DNA of 64,000 bases from an uncultured Clostridium sp. (GTDB lineage: Bacteria > Bacillota > Clostridia > Christensenellales > CAG-138), in assembly GCA_964392455.1 (NCBI GenBank), contig CAYMPG010000003.1, positions 802 to 64,801 of the forward strand, written 5' to 3'. Positions 53,686 to 63,623 of this stretch are shown here, piece after piece (the first letter of the stretch is position 1; the number at the start of each line of letters is the position of its first letter). The notes beneath the pieces are model-generated. The model did not search any database and was not told where the DNA came from. It saw only the letters and a list, made by a program, of their open reading frames with translations. The position numbers and the translations under genes are program-made.

Positions 53686-54653
53686 TACCTATCCTCCAGC
53701 ATTGCCAGCTTTGCAAGGCTGGGCAGGGTCTTGTGGTGCTGCCCCTGGACGTAGTAGCTCTTTCCCCCGTCTGCCACGGTACGCGCAAGTATTGTCTTCC
53801 ACGGGCGGAAATAGTAGCGAGGGTCAGTCTTCGGTGGAGTTACATCATAACCCTCGTCGGGCAGATCTTGCATATCAAATACAGCAGTAGTAAAGTGAGC
53901 AATGCACTCGCCCTTCTGATGCGCCACATTGCGTGCCATTGCAAGGGCCTTCAGATATACCTCCGGGCCTGCCACAGCCGAACCAAAATTCAGAAACAGC
54001 CCATTTTCAAGGTTTTTAACGGTGTAGGCATATATCAGAAAATCTCTGTAGGAAGCTTCACCAAGCACTGCCCCACTGGTATTTGGGTGCTCATGCAGAA
54101 TATCATTACCTACGCCAATATGTACCGTACATGGAACGTGCATATGGTATCCCTGGGCAAGCACACTATGCTCCCTGTATGGGAGATTCTGCTCCCATAT
54201 ATACCTACCTATAGCCTCTCCTGCGCCAAGACCATCCTCGACACCTTCCCTGAGGATATCGTTTATATATCCAGTCTCCTTCCAAAGCCCAAACTGCCCT
54301 TCACTCACATACCTGGCCACGGATTCACATGTATGCCCTATGAGTGAAAACTCAAAATCGTGTATGCTGCCTGCGCCATTAGTTGCGAAGTGGTTAACAA
54401 GGCCTCTACGCATCAGCTCTATCATATAATCTGCACAACCGGTACGTATCACATGGGCACCGTACATGAGCAGGGAAGCAGCTTCAGCCTTCTTTGCGGC
54501 AACCATTGCATTTGCCAGCGCTCTGAGCTTTGGATTATCCATTTCCGGGGGCGTACCATCCACAGGAATGAGAACTTTTTTTAAATCCACATCATGTATC
54601 CGCTCATCAAGGGACTTTATCAGCAGTTCCTCCCTGTTAAACATGGGAAACAT
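53685..54653 (-). CDS. Conserved protein of unknown function (322 aa)
   Basis: The reading frame is clean with operon-consistent overlaps. It has motifs such as 'GAHVIRTG' and 'ATNGAGSIHDFE', but I cannot assign a family with confidence. Confidence 0.5.
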   Translation of the reverse strand: MFPMFNREELLIKSLDERIHDVDLKKVLIPVDGTPPEMDNPKLRALANAMVAAKKAEAASLLMYGAHVIRTGCADYMIELMRRGLVNHFATNGAGSIHDFEFSLIGHTCESVARYVSEGQFGLWKETGYINDILREGVEDGLGAGEAIGRYIWEQNLPYREHSVLAQGYHMHVPCTVHIGVGNDILHEHPNTSGAVLGEASYRDFLIYAYTVKNLENGLFLNFGSAVAGPEVYLKALAMARNVAHQKGECIAHFTTAVFDMQDLPDEGYDVTPPKTDPRYYFRPWKTILARTVADGGKSYYVQGQHHKTLPSLAKLAMLEDR

Positions 54654-54659
54654 ACCCTT

Positions 54660-56045
54660 TTACCTCCCGAAAATATAATCCATCAGACGCCCGGTATTTG
54701 AAAAATCCGGTATAACACAATCCGCTCCTGCGGATATAAGCCTGTTACGTTTCCAGTAATTCACGGAATGATTCCGCTCCGCCTCACTGGTGGCCACGGC
54801 AACAGCATACCCGCCCGCCTGCTTTGCAAGCTCTATTTCAACATACCCATCTCCAAAGCCCACAAGGCCGGCTCCACTGAGATGTTTTTCCTCTATAAGC
54901 TGCCTGAGCACCACTTCCTTCGCACACACAGTGGAGTTTAGGTCAGTGGCACCATGAATGCTTTCAAATAAATCATGCACACCAAGCAACTTAGCTTCAT
55001 TTATGACATCAGCCTCGTCTGTGCCGCTGGTAAGATAGCATCTTACGCCACGCTCTTTCAGGGCCTTTAATGTATCTACTACCCCCGGTACAAGATACGG
55101 CTCCGGATTGGCGCCATTTTCCAGCGCCTCATGGCGCTCATTTATGCGTTCTCCAAGGCGCCTGAGATACTCTGCCTTGTATTCGAGAGGATTCTTTGCT
55201 GTGCCGCCAAGCTTTTCCACTTCTTCCGCAAGCCGCATACACTGGAAAATAGTCTGTTTTCCAGTAAGCATGTCCACGAAATCCATTACAAGCTTTCTGG
55301 TTTCTTCCTCTGTATTATGCTTTGGGCATGCCATCAGTTCCTCGGTAAAATATCCGTACATTATTGGCTGCCAGCCCTCCCTGAGAAGGCTCACAGTGCC
55401 ATCAAAGTCAAATATGGCAAACTCTGGATGCGCCGAAGGATAGTGTATCGTTTCAATATCCCATACATACCTGAGCCTGTCCCTGAGATGACATACCAGT
55501 GCATGCACATAAAACATATGAAGGTCTTCAAGCTGTTCCATGCTGTAGGTAGGCGCAAGAAGGCATATATCGCACAGAGGCTTCATGCTGCCTCCGTCCC
55601 GGCCTCCCATGCCTATTACTTTCATGCCCTTTTCACGTGCCACGGCACAGGCCCTTACTATATTGGCAGAATTGCCGCTGCCGCTGAATACTATGAGCAA
55701 ATCTCCCGGCCTCGCAAGGGTACGCAGCACTATCTCATACACTTCCGCATAGCTGAAGTCATTGGCAAGGCAGGTCACTACAGCATTTGGATCATTAAGA
55801 CAAATAGCCCTAAATCCCTCTCTGCCATCCACGCGGCATCCCTTCATCAGGTCGTTTATCATGTGGCTGGCGGTGGCAGCACTTCCTCCATTACCCGCTG
55901 TAAAGATGGTATTACCAGTCTCTTTGGTGGCAAGTATCGCTTTCGCTATATCCCTAAGGGCTGCGAAATCTGTCCTGCCCAGGGCTTCACATACTTCATT
56001 TGCATATATTTCAGGCTCGGGAGAGCCATTGCAATTGCAGCTCAT
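54660..56045 (-). CDS. Fusion protein: GmhA-like SIS (phosphoheptose isomerase-type) domain plus HAD-family phosphatase domain
   Basis: The N-terminal half 'FTAGNGGSAATASHMINDL..NDFSYAEV..GDLLIVFSGSGNSANIV..AREKGMKVIGMGGRDGG' follows the E. coli GmhA pattern. The C-terminal half has 'FAIFDFDGT', 'LTSGT' and 'GFGDG' (HAD motifs). GGGAGG precedes the ATG at 56045. Confidence 0.75.
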   Translation of the reverse strand: MSCNCNGSPEPEIYANEVCEALGRTDFAALRDIAKAILATKETGNTIFTAGNGGSAATASHMINDLMKGCRVDGREGFRAICLNDPNAVVTCLANDFSYAEVYEIVLRTLARPGDLLIVFSGSGNSANIVRACAVAREKGMKVIGMGGRDGGSMKPLCDICLLAPTYSMEQLEDLHMFYVHALVCHLRDRLRYVWDIETIHYPSAHPEFAIFDFDGTVSLLREGWQPIMYGYFTEELMACPKHNTEEETRKLVMDFVDMLTGKQTIFQCMRLAEEVEKLGGTAKNPLEYKAEYLRRLGERINERHEALENGANPEPYLVPGVVDTLKALKERGVRCYLTSGTDEADVINEAKLLGVHDLFESIHGATDLNSTVCAKEVVLRQLIEEKHLSGAGLVGFGDGYVEIELAKQAGGYAVAVATSEAERNHSVNYWKRNRLISAGADCVIPDFSNTGRLMDYIFGR

Positions 56046-56061
56046 TTTTTCCTCCCATACG

Positions 56062-57234
56062 TTACATTGCATTTTCTTCCGATTTAAATATCTCCATGGT
56101 GGATACATCGCCCTGATGCTCTATCATCAGCGGCGCAGCACCCCTTATTCTTGCATCCAGTGAAAAGGTCGCAGGGCACACCCGAACATTTTTGTGAAGG
56201 AACTTTCGCTGATTTATCTCTGCCTCAATTGGCCAACTCGACATATTCAGCAGCTCCGTGCCCCTATCGCCTATATAGATGCAGTCTACATCTACCACAT
56301 TTATCAGGTTTACCAGGCCACTCGTCAGGTATCTCCCCATACGGGACATAGCTGCCATAGCTATATCATCGCCACTGCGAGCATACTCGATTAGCTCGTC
56401 CCAGCTCACCTTATGAATGCCCCTGTAAGCGGAATACCACTCGCAGGCGGCCTGAGTAGATGCATACCGTTCAAGACAACCAAAATTGCCGCATTTACAT
56501 GGCAGGCCGCCATTTTCAATGGTCATATGGCCTATTTCTCCTGTAAAGCTATGCTTGGTACTGAATAGCGCTCCGCCTACCACCAGCCCTGTACCTACGC
56601 CCTCATCCACCTGAACGTATATAAAATTCTCAGGTGGATTTTCCCCGTAATACAGCTCCGCAAGGGCTGATACATTGGAATCATTTTCTGCAAATACCGG
56701 CAGGCCGTATTTTTTGCCCAGCCGCTCATTAAGGTCAGTTACCCTTCCCACCCGTGGGAGGAAGAATTCTAACTCGAGGATATTGTTCTGGGTATCCACG
56801 CAACCTAAGCTGGATACCGCTATCCCGGCAAAGCGCCCGCCGCCACCGATGATATGGTCTATCCCGGTGTATATCTTCTGGTAGAAGCTGTCAGTTGTTT
56901 CATTCGGATTCAGCTGGCATTCCCAAAGCTCGCTGTAGCTGCCATCCAATGCCACCGGCGCCACGTACAGGCCATGGTGGGTTATCATTATTCCTATGGT
57001 AACAGCCGCATCCGGCACAACCTCGATAAGCTCTGTCTTTCTCCCTACGCCATTACCCTCGTAGCCACACTGGCGCATTATGCCAGCCTCTATAAACTCT
57101 CCTACGAGGTTTGTCACCGTCATTTTACTCAGGCCGGTACGTCGATGCAGCTCCAGCCTGGAAATAGTGCCATTAATACATACCTGTCTGAATATGCTGG
57201 CCTTGTTTTGTGCTTTTGAATACTGACTGTTCAT
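56062..57234 (-). CDS. ROK family transcriptional regulator (NagC/XylR type)
   Basis: The N-terminal winged HTH is 'ISRLELHRRTGLSKMTVTNLVGEFI'. The ROK sugar-binding domain has 'GEIGHMTI..CKCGNFGCLE'. Confidence 0.85.
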   Translation of the reverse strand: MNSQYSKAQNKASIFRQVCINGTISRLELHRRTGLSKMTVTNLVGEFIEAGIMRQCGYEGNGVGRKTELIEVVPDAAVTIGIMITHHGLYVAPVALDGSYSELWECQLNPNETTDSFYQKIYTGIDHIIGGGGRFAGIAVSSLGCVDTQNNILELEFFLPRVGRVTDLNERLGKKYGLPVFAENDSNVSALAELYYGENPPENFIYVQVDEGVGTGLVVGGALFSTKHSFTGEIGHMTIENGGLPCKCGNFGCLERYASTQAACEWYSAYRGIHKVSWDELIEYARSGDDIAMAAMSRMGRYLTSGLVNLINVVDVDCIYIGDRGTELLNMSSWPIEAEINQRKFLHKNVRVCPATFSLDARIRGAAPLMIEHQGDVSTMEIFKSEENAM

Positions 57235-57896
57235 ATCACATCATCCGCAATAATGTGGCTTACACATCAAAAAAGAAATTTTTGTCCGCCGTCTATACTT
57301 TTTAAAAATGTTTTATTAATATGTTTATAATACTTCTTTGTCGTATTATTTGTCAATAGCTATGAACATAATCAAACCATATGCTCCGCCACTCCTGTAA
57401 ACCCATAAAAACTGAAATCATATCCTTTCATCCTGCGGCAAATTGCGCTTGTACACCTTTTTTCTTTAAACCATATCCACTCAAATGCCATAACTTCAGC
57501 CTATATCAAAAGCATCATTACCGCTGAAATGCATTTTTCTGCATTCTTCTGCCCATATCCATATAAAAAAGCCTCGATAGAGGTTTCCTCCATCGAAGCT
57601 GTTCGGTTTTCAGCCATTTTGCCTGTTTACCTGTCGATATAAATAATTATCAGTCATCCGTCACAATAAAACCTTCTTACGGTAAAAAATGATGTTTCGC
57701 AGCAATGACGCAATCCTGTGGAATATGATTATACACCACGTCTATTATGTATTTTTATCCCCTGAGCGCGTCTCCGTTCTACTATAGTGCGGAATTTTTT
57801 CACGGTTCTGTATTCAGGAATTACGGTATTGTAATCCCTGTTTGCACAGAATCGGCCCTGGCTTCCTTTTTTACCGCATTTTCGCCCCCACACATA

Positions 57897-57950
57897 AAAG
57901 CCCCCGTATTTCTCCGATACCTATGGGGCGGAAAAATACGGGGGACATAT
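57897..57950 (-). terminator. Hairpin terminator downstream of the phosphorylase gene
   Basis: CCCCCGTATTT (57901-57911) pairs with AAATACGGGGG near 57938-57948. A short T-run follows on the minus strand. Confidence 0.5.
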
Positions 57951-57961
57951 GCTGCCGGATA

Positions 57962-60127
57962 TCAGATATTGTACCAGCGTATCTCGTTGGCATCCATGTG
58001 GATATCAAAGCTGCCGGTATCGGTGTATACGGTGGTATCCTGGGACTCGTAGGTATTGTTGACTACGCAATACTTTCCGTTTTTAACGAAAGCGTGTACT
58101 TCCACATTGTAGTTGGTGGAATACCACTTATTGAGCTCATCCTCCCCATGGGCAGACCACAGTATGGCACGATACAGCACACGGCTGTTTTCAAAGGAAT
58201 AGGGCAGGCCGGAGATATACACGCTGCGGCCGTTGCCGTAGGCATTTGCAGCAAGCTGCACTTCTTTGTCAATCTGCACAAGCACATCTGTGCCCTCAAG
58301 AGCATAAATGCTCTTTTTGCCTTCTCCGAAATCCACCTGGTCGGCCACATCGGCAAGTATAAAGTGAGCACGGTTCTGCTCCCAGTTGTACTTATCGTAG
58401 TTAAGGGTAAAGCCCGTTTCCCTTTCCACGCCCAGCAGGGATGCAAGCTGCAAGTACCTGCCCTGATACTGGTGGCCTGAGGGCTCGCCCACGCCGATAA
58501 AGCCGCCGCCATTGTAAACGAACCTGCGGATGGCAGAGGAAATTGCAGGGTCTTCCCACTCTGCGCCGCCCGTATGTGCGGTATCGCCATCGCCCACGTT
58601 GATTATAACATCCACAGAATCCAGCACGGCGGGATCATTGCGGATATCGTCAAAGGAAATAAACCTTACATCAAAGGGCGCACCGGACAGGGCCTCTATT
58701 ACGCCTGCATAAGAGTAATTCTGCTTCTGATACAGGGCATGGTGTACCATATGGCAACCCCATGCACGCATCCTGCCCCAGCTATTCAGCACGGCAACAG
58801 TCTTTACACAATAGGGCGTGGTGCCCTTGATGTTTTCATACAGCTCACGGAACTCATTGCAGACGGACTCTATATAGTCTATAAACTCCGGAAACTGCAA
58901 TGCGAGCTTCAGATAGCCACCATAGCCTATTCTGTCTATGGGCTTTCTCAGTATGGCTCGCCTGGCTGTGACCCAGTTTTCCTTGGCCTCCTTTACAGGA
59001 TCCCCTCCCTCATGGAAGGTATCCGGGAAAAAGTAAGGCAGAAACCGGCCTTCGGTGTACTTTACACCCGGAATATCGGATATGAGCCGCAGTGTGGAGC
59101 CATTGCCCACGGAGCCTACCACTGCATCTATGCCTATGGACTTCCATTCATCCATGAAGGGCTCTGTGCCTATCCAGTGGTCTCCCAGGAACATCATAGC
59201 TTCCTTGCCCAGCTCGTGGGTAATGTCCACCATTTCCTTTGCAAGCTTTGCCACCTCACGGCGCTGGAAAGCCTGGAAATCCTTGAATTCCTTGCTGGGC
59301 ACACGATACTGGTTATTGTGATAGCCCTGATCCACAATGAACTCCGGACGGAACTTATAGCCCACTTCCTTTTCAAACTGCTCCAGTATGTAGGGAGAAA
59401 CAGAAGCTGAGTAGCCATACCAGTCCACAAATTTTTCCCGCTTCAGTTCGTCAAATACCAGGGTAAACTGATGGAAAAAGGTAGTATAGCGGATAACGTT
59501 TACATAGGGATGCTCAGCGATGAATTTGCGGAGCCGCTCCATGGTAAACTTGTGGGTCTTTGGCTGCCTTACATCAAAGGTTATCTGGTGCTCAAAGTTC
59601 TTCCAGCCGTTTGTAACGGCATTGTACATATGCACCGGATCCCATATGATATAGGTCAAAAAGGCAACAGTGTACTCATGGAATGGCACGGGCTGAGCTA
59701 TTACAACGCAGCCGCTTTCCTCGTCATAGCTCCATCCGTCGGCCTCAAGGGGCTGCCCGGTGGTTCTGTCCATAACCTCCCACCAGCGCTTGATATCATC
59801 CCTGGTATTCACCTGCATAAGCTCAGGGGAGATGCCCTTCATAAGCGGTATATGGAGGGGAGCATCCTTCGCAGTATGGAAGCCTGTCATGATATAGCAC
59901 TGCTGCACCTCGTCAGGGTTGGCCTTTGCCCAGGCGTTGTCCTTGCGGGTGGTGTAGTAGGTGGAGTATATTTTGGCGTTTTGATCCCTGAGCTCTGCGG
60001 GGAAATCCGTGCCATCGCAATCCCTTATGGCATCGGCGCCCCAACGCTTCATTATTTCCAGAGTTTCAGGCACCACATCCAGGTCTGTAGGTATGGTAAC
60101 ACGGCCTGTGTTGCGTATATCCTTCAT
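57962..60127 (-). CDS. lnpA: 1,3-beta-galactosyl-N-acetylhexosamine phosphorylase (lacto-N-biose/galacto-N-biose phosphorylase, GH112)
   Basis: There is long collinear similarity to the Bifidobacterium LNBP as I recall it: 'WGADAIRDCDGT', 'HEYTVAFLTYIIWDPVHMYN', 'GKEAMMFLGDHWIGTEP', 'DIPGVKYTEGRFLPYFFPDTF' and 'GRSVYISGLPYS'. Confidence 0.92.
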   Translation of the reverse strand: MKDIRNTGRVTIPTDLDVVPETLEIMKRWGADAIRDCDGTDFPAELRDQNAKIYSTYYTTRKDNAWAKANPDEVQQCYIMTGFHTAKDAPLHIPLMKGISPELMQVNTRDDIKRWWEVMDRTTGQPLEADGWSYDEESGCVVIAQPVPFHEYTVAFLTYIIWDPVHMYNAVTNGWKNFEHQITFDVRQPKTHKFTMERLRKFIAEHPYVNVIRYTTFFHQFTLVFDELKREKFVDWYGYSASVSPYILEQFEKEVGYKFRPEFIVDQGYHNNQYRVPSKEFKDFQAFQRREVAKLAKEMVDITHELGKEAMMFLGDHWIGTEPFMDEWKSIGIDAVVGSVGNGSTLRLISDIPGVKYTEGRFLPYFFPDTFHEGGDPVKEAKENWVTARRAILRKPIDRIGYGGYLKLALQFPEFIDYIESVCNEFRELYENIKGTTPYCVKTVAVLNSWGRMRAWGCHMVHHALYQKQNYSYAGVIEALSGAPFDVRFISFDDIRNDPAVLDSVDVIINVGDGDTAHTGGAEWEDPAISSAIRRFVYNGGGFIGVGEPSGHQYQGRYLQLASLLGVERETGFTLNYDKYNWEQNRAHFILADVADQVDFGEGKKSIYALEGTDVLVQIDKEVQLAANAYGNGRSVYISGLPYSFENSRVLYRAILWSAHGEDELNKWYSTNYNVEVHAFVKNGKYCVVNNTYESQDTTVYTDTGSFDIHMDANEIRWYNI

Positions 60128-60158
60128 AGCATGGTTCTCCTTGAGAAGATGTTTACGG

Positions 60159-60344
60159 TTATTTTTTATATGCGGCATTGTATACCAGCAGCGCAGTCAG
60201 CAGGAACACCATGCCTATCAGCATTATGCCCAGCCCAAGGAGCTTGCCGGTCATTTTCCAGCCAACAAAGGTAAGCACTATGCCTATGATAAAAAACAGG
60301 GTGATAAGTATGGTGCGGAGCTTTTCGTGATTTTTCCAGTTCAT
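60159..60344 (-). CDS. Small two-TM membrane protein (61 aa)
   Basis: AAGGTGA precedes the ATG. It fits exactly between the permease stop and the phosphorylase RBS. Two hydrophobic helices are apparent. Confidence 0.55.
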   Translation of the reverse strand: MNWKNHEKLRTILITLFFIIGIVLTFVGWKMTGKLLGLGIMLIGMVFLLTALLVYNAAYKK

Positions 60345-60353
60345 GATATCACC

Positions 60354-61244
60354 TTATCCTTTCAGGCCGCCCACAGTCATGCCCTTGGTAAGGTTTTTCT
60401 GTACGCAGCAGTAAAGTATCAGCGTGGGCAGCATGACCAGCACAAGGCCCGCATACATGGGGCCGTAGTTTGCCGCAGACTGCTGGGCCTGCATAAGGTT
60501 CAGCAGGCCTACCGGCAAAGTCTTTGCCCCGTTTGCCGAGGTCATAAGGGTCATGGAGATAATGTACTCATTCCAGAAGGACAGGAAGTTAAACAGTATC
60601 ACCGTGATTATGGAGGGCTTTGCCATGGGGAATATTACCTGCACCATTGTGCGGAAATACCCTGCGCCGTCAATATACGCAGCCTCCTCATAATCATGAG
60701 GCAGGGTGGCAAAATAGCTGGACAGCAGGTATATGGTAAAGGGCAGCGCCGTGGAGGCATATACCACCGCCAGCACCACAAGGTTATTGAGCAGGAAGCC
60801 CTCGCCTATTACGCTCTTGAGCCATACATCTCCATCCCGCAGCATCAGGAATATGGGCACCACAATGTAGTTTACATTGATGAACAGGCCCGCCATAAAG
60901 GCAGTATTCAAAAACTTTTTGCCAAAGAACTTGAAGCGGGAAAGACAGTATGCAGCAGGCAGCGCCACCACCAGCAGCAGGGCGAGGCCCAGCGCAGTGA
61001 CCATGACGGAATTGAGCATATAGTCGCCCATTTTTGCCGTTTCCCAGGCCTCCACGAAATTCTGGAAATAAAAGCCCTTGGGAAGATTCCACGGATTTGT
61101 ATAAAACTCGGGATTTTCCTTGATAGAAGCCATGAATACCCATGCCACGGGCACTATTATGAGCAAAGCCAACAGCCCCAGCACAAGGTAAATAAATGTC
61201 TTATAAAGCCGTTCTCCGGAGGATGCTTTTTTATTCTGCTTCAT
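60354..61244 (-). CDS. Carbohydrate ABC transporter permease (MalG-like)
   Basis: 296 aa with six TM segments. The EAA-type loop is 'EEAAYIDGAGYFRTMVQVIFPMAKP'. Confidence 0.9.
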   Translation of the reverse strand: MKQNKKASSGERLYKTFIYLVLGLLALLIIVPVAWVFMASIKENPEFYTNPWNLPKGFYFQNFVEAWETAKMGDYMLNSVMVTALGLALLLVVALPAAYCLSRFKFFGKKFLNTAFMAGLFINVNYIVVPIFLMLRDGDVWLKSVIGEGFLLNNLVVLAVVYASTALPFTIYLLSSYFATLPHDYEEAAYIDGAGYFRTMVQVIFPMAKPSIITVILFNFLSFWNEYIISMTLMTSANGAKTLPVGLLNLMQAQQSAANYGPMYAGLVLVMLPTLILYCCVQKNLTKGMTVGGLKG

Positions 61245-61256
61245 GTTTCTTCCTCC

Positions 61257-62141
61257 TTAGAATTCCAGAGTTTCCCGCTCGGTGACCTTATTTACCAGCG
61301 CAGACAGCGCAAAGGACAGCAGGAATATTACCACGCCTATGGCCATGCAGTAGCCATAGAGGCCATTGTTCTTCTGGCTGTACATATAGCCAAGCACCAC
61401 CTCGGAGGCGCCGTTCGGGCCGCCGCCTGTCATGGCCTTTACAAAAAGGAACGCCATGTTTATGGTGGAGATTATGAAGAAGGTAAGGGTGGTGCGGATG
61501 TTTGTCCAAATTAGGGGTATGGTTATCTTGAAGAACTGGGTCAGTCTGCCAGCCCCATCCAGTGATGAGCTTTCATACAATGAGCCCGGGACGGCGGACA
61601 TTGACGCCATGTACATTACCATATAGTAGCCTATGGCCTGCCATACCATGGCGATGATTATGCTCACCATTACCAGCTTTTCGCCCTTCCACAGTATGGC
61701 CTGCTCAAGGTTTGCAAAGGCTTCGATTATGGAATTGAGCATACCGTTCTCAGTCTGGTAAACGGCAGAAAATATACCGGAAATTACAACAACGGACAAA
61801 ATATTGGGTATATAGAATACTACCCGGAAGAAATTCTGCCCCTTGATTTTTTCTCTTGTTAAAATGCCTGCGAATATCAGTGCCAGTGACATGGTAATCA
61901 CCGTGACCACCACTATAAGCAGCAGAGTGTTTTGCATTGAACGAATGAAGGCCGTATCTGTCAGCAGCATTTTAAAGTTGCTCAGGCCAACAAAGTTCTC
62001 CTTTGCGGAGAAGGCGCTCCTCTCGTAAAGAGACATGCGGAATACATTGACGGTAGGCAGTATCATAAAGATAGTGAAAAGAATCACTGCCGGTGCAATG
62101 CAGGTTATCAGGAATGCGATGCGGCGCTTATTGCTCCTCAT
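61257..62141 (-). CDS. Carbohydrate ABC transporter permease (MalF-like)
   Basis: The EAA loop is 'YESSSLDGAGRLTQFFKITIPL'. The start at 62141 (MRSNKRR) has an upstream GAAAGGAG. Confidence 0.88.
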   Translation of the reverse strand: MRSNKRRIAFLITCIAPAVILFTIFMILPTVNVFRMSLYERSAFSAKENFVGLSNFKMLLTDTAFIRSMQNTLLLIVVVTVITMSLALIFAGILTREKIKGQNFFRVVFYIPNILSVVVISGIFSAVYQTENGMLNSIIEAFANLEQAILWKGEKLVMVSIIIAMVWQAIGYYMVMYMASMSAVPGSLYESSSLDGAGRLTQFFKITIPLIWTNIRTTLTFFIISTINMAFLFVKAMTGGGPNGASEVVLGYMYSQKNNGLYGYCMAIGVVIFLLSFALSALVNKVTERETLEF

Positions 62142-62264
62142 TTTTGTAAGCGCTCCTTTCTTTTGTGGGGTAAAGCGCATTGGGAAAAAATAGTGAAAAA
62201 GGATGGCAGCGGCGGCTGCCGCTGCCATCTTATATGTTTTGCTAAGAACTAAGCCCTAATGGAA

Positions 62265-63623
62265 TTAGCCCAGCAGGTTGGCGCGCATCTGCTCATTGGC
62301 AGCTTCGATGTTTGCCTGATACTCCTCGATGGTCAGAGTGCCTGCTACCAGGGAGTTGATGGGATCATAGTATACGGTGGTGGAATCTACACCGGGAATG
62401 GCTTCGAATGCAGCCCAGCCGCCCATAGCAGCCTTAGCACCGTTGTCATAGATGGAGTAGAACAGAACGTTGTCGCCCTCCAGCATATCGGCAATGCCCA
62501 GCACAGGCTGAATAGCGCCGCCAGCGGTAAACAGCTCGCAAGCCTTATCGGAGTACAGGTATGCAATGAACTGCTTAGCAGCGTCAACATTGGCAGCACC
62601 TGCGGGGATCCAAGCCTGCTCGAACCAGCAGAAAGCATACTGGTCATCACCCTCGGAAACGGCGGGGATGGCGGTCATGCCCCACTCAAAATCATTGGTC
62701 AGAGTGGCTTCGGCATCAGCCATTTCGCCTACGATCCAGGTACCGTTGGGCATGAACAGGGCGTCATTGGTCATAACCATGAGCTGGTTCTTGGTGAAGT
62801 CCTGATTGTTAGCCTGAGCGGGAGTGGTGGGGTTGGTGTAATCAGCCAGCTTGTCCAGAATCTGCATGAAGGTCTGACCAGCCTCGGTCTGCCAGATGCC
62901 TTCCTCGTAGCGGCAGGCAGCATCAAAGAACTCGGGGCCGCCAGCAGCATACATCAGAGCGTACATGAAAGCGTCAAAGTAGCCGGCGGTGGGGTAAGTG
63001 AACAGAGCGATACCCTCGGCAGCAGCCTTGTCGCCCAGCTCCCACATCTGATCCCAGGTGGTGGGAACTTCCCAGCCTTTTTCCTCAAACAGCTTGGCGT
63101 TGTAGAACAGGCCGCAGGGAGAATAGAACATGGGAGCAAGATAGGTCTTGCCATCGGCATAGGGGTTGGTCAGGGAAGTGTCGGTGAAACCGGCAGCGAT
63201 CTTGTCGCTTACCAGAACTTCCTCGCCAGGAACGGTCATGGAGAGAACGTCGGTAATATCGGTGAGAGCCTGGTCCTTGATGAACTGCTCAGTCAGGCCA
63301 GCGGGACGGCCGGTAGCCAGATGGATAACATCGGGATACTCGCCACCCTGCATGGAAGCAGAGATAACATCCTCAAGGTTCTTATCGGTGATAAGGTCTA
63401 CCTTGATGCCGGTGGTCTCGGTGAAAGCAGCGCATACGTTCTGCCATACCTCGGAGCCGTAAGCGGTCTCGATGGCGGCGACCTGAATGGTCACATCCTC
63501 GGCAACCTCAGCAGCGGGAGTCTCCTCGGCGGGAGCTTCTACAGCAGGCTCCTCAGCAGCGGTGCAGGCTACCATGGACAGAGCCATAGCCAGAACCAGC
63601 AGCATTGCAATAAGCTTCTTCAT
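62265..63623 (-). CDS. Extracellular solute-binding lipoprotein of the GNB/LNB-type ABC importer
   Basis: The lipobox is 'LAMALSMVACTAA'. It belongs to the family-1 solute-binding proteins. AGGAGG lies 8 nt before the ATG at 63623. Confidence 0.85.
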   Translation of the reverse strand: MKKLIAMLLVLAMALSMVACTAAEEPAVEAPAEETPAAEVAEDVTIQVAAIETAYGSEVWQNVCAAFTETTGIKVDLITDKNLEDVISASMQGGEYPDVIHLATGRPAGLTEQFIKDQALTDITDVLSMTVPGEEVLVSDKIAAGFTDTSLTNPYADGKTYLAPMFYSPCGLFYNAKLFEEKGWEVPTTWDQMWELGDKAAAEGIALFTYPTAGYFDAFMYALMYAAGGPEFFDAACRYEEGIWQTEAGQTFMQILDKLADYTNPTTPAQANNQDFTKNQLMVMTNDALFMPNGTWIVGEMADAEATLTNDFEWGMTAIPAVSEGDDQYAFCWFEQAWIPAGAANVDAAKQFIAYLYSDKACELFTAGGAIQPVLGIADMLEGDNVLFYSIYDNGAKAAMGGWAAFEAIPGVDSTTVYYDPINSLVAGTLTIEEYQANIEAANEQMRANLLG

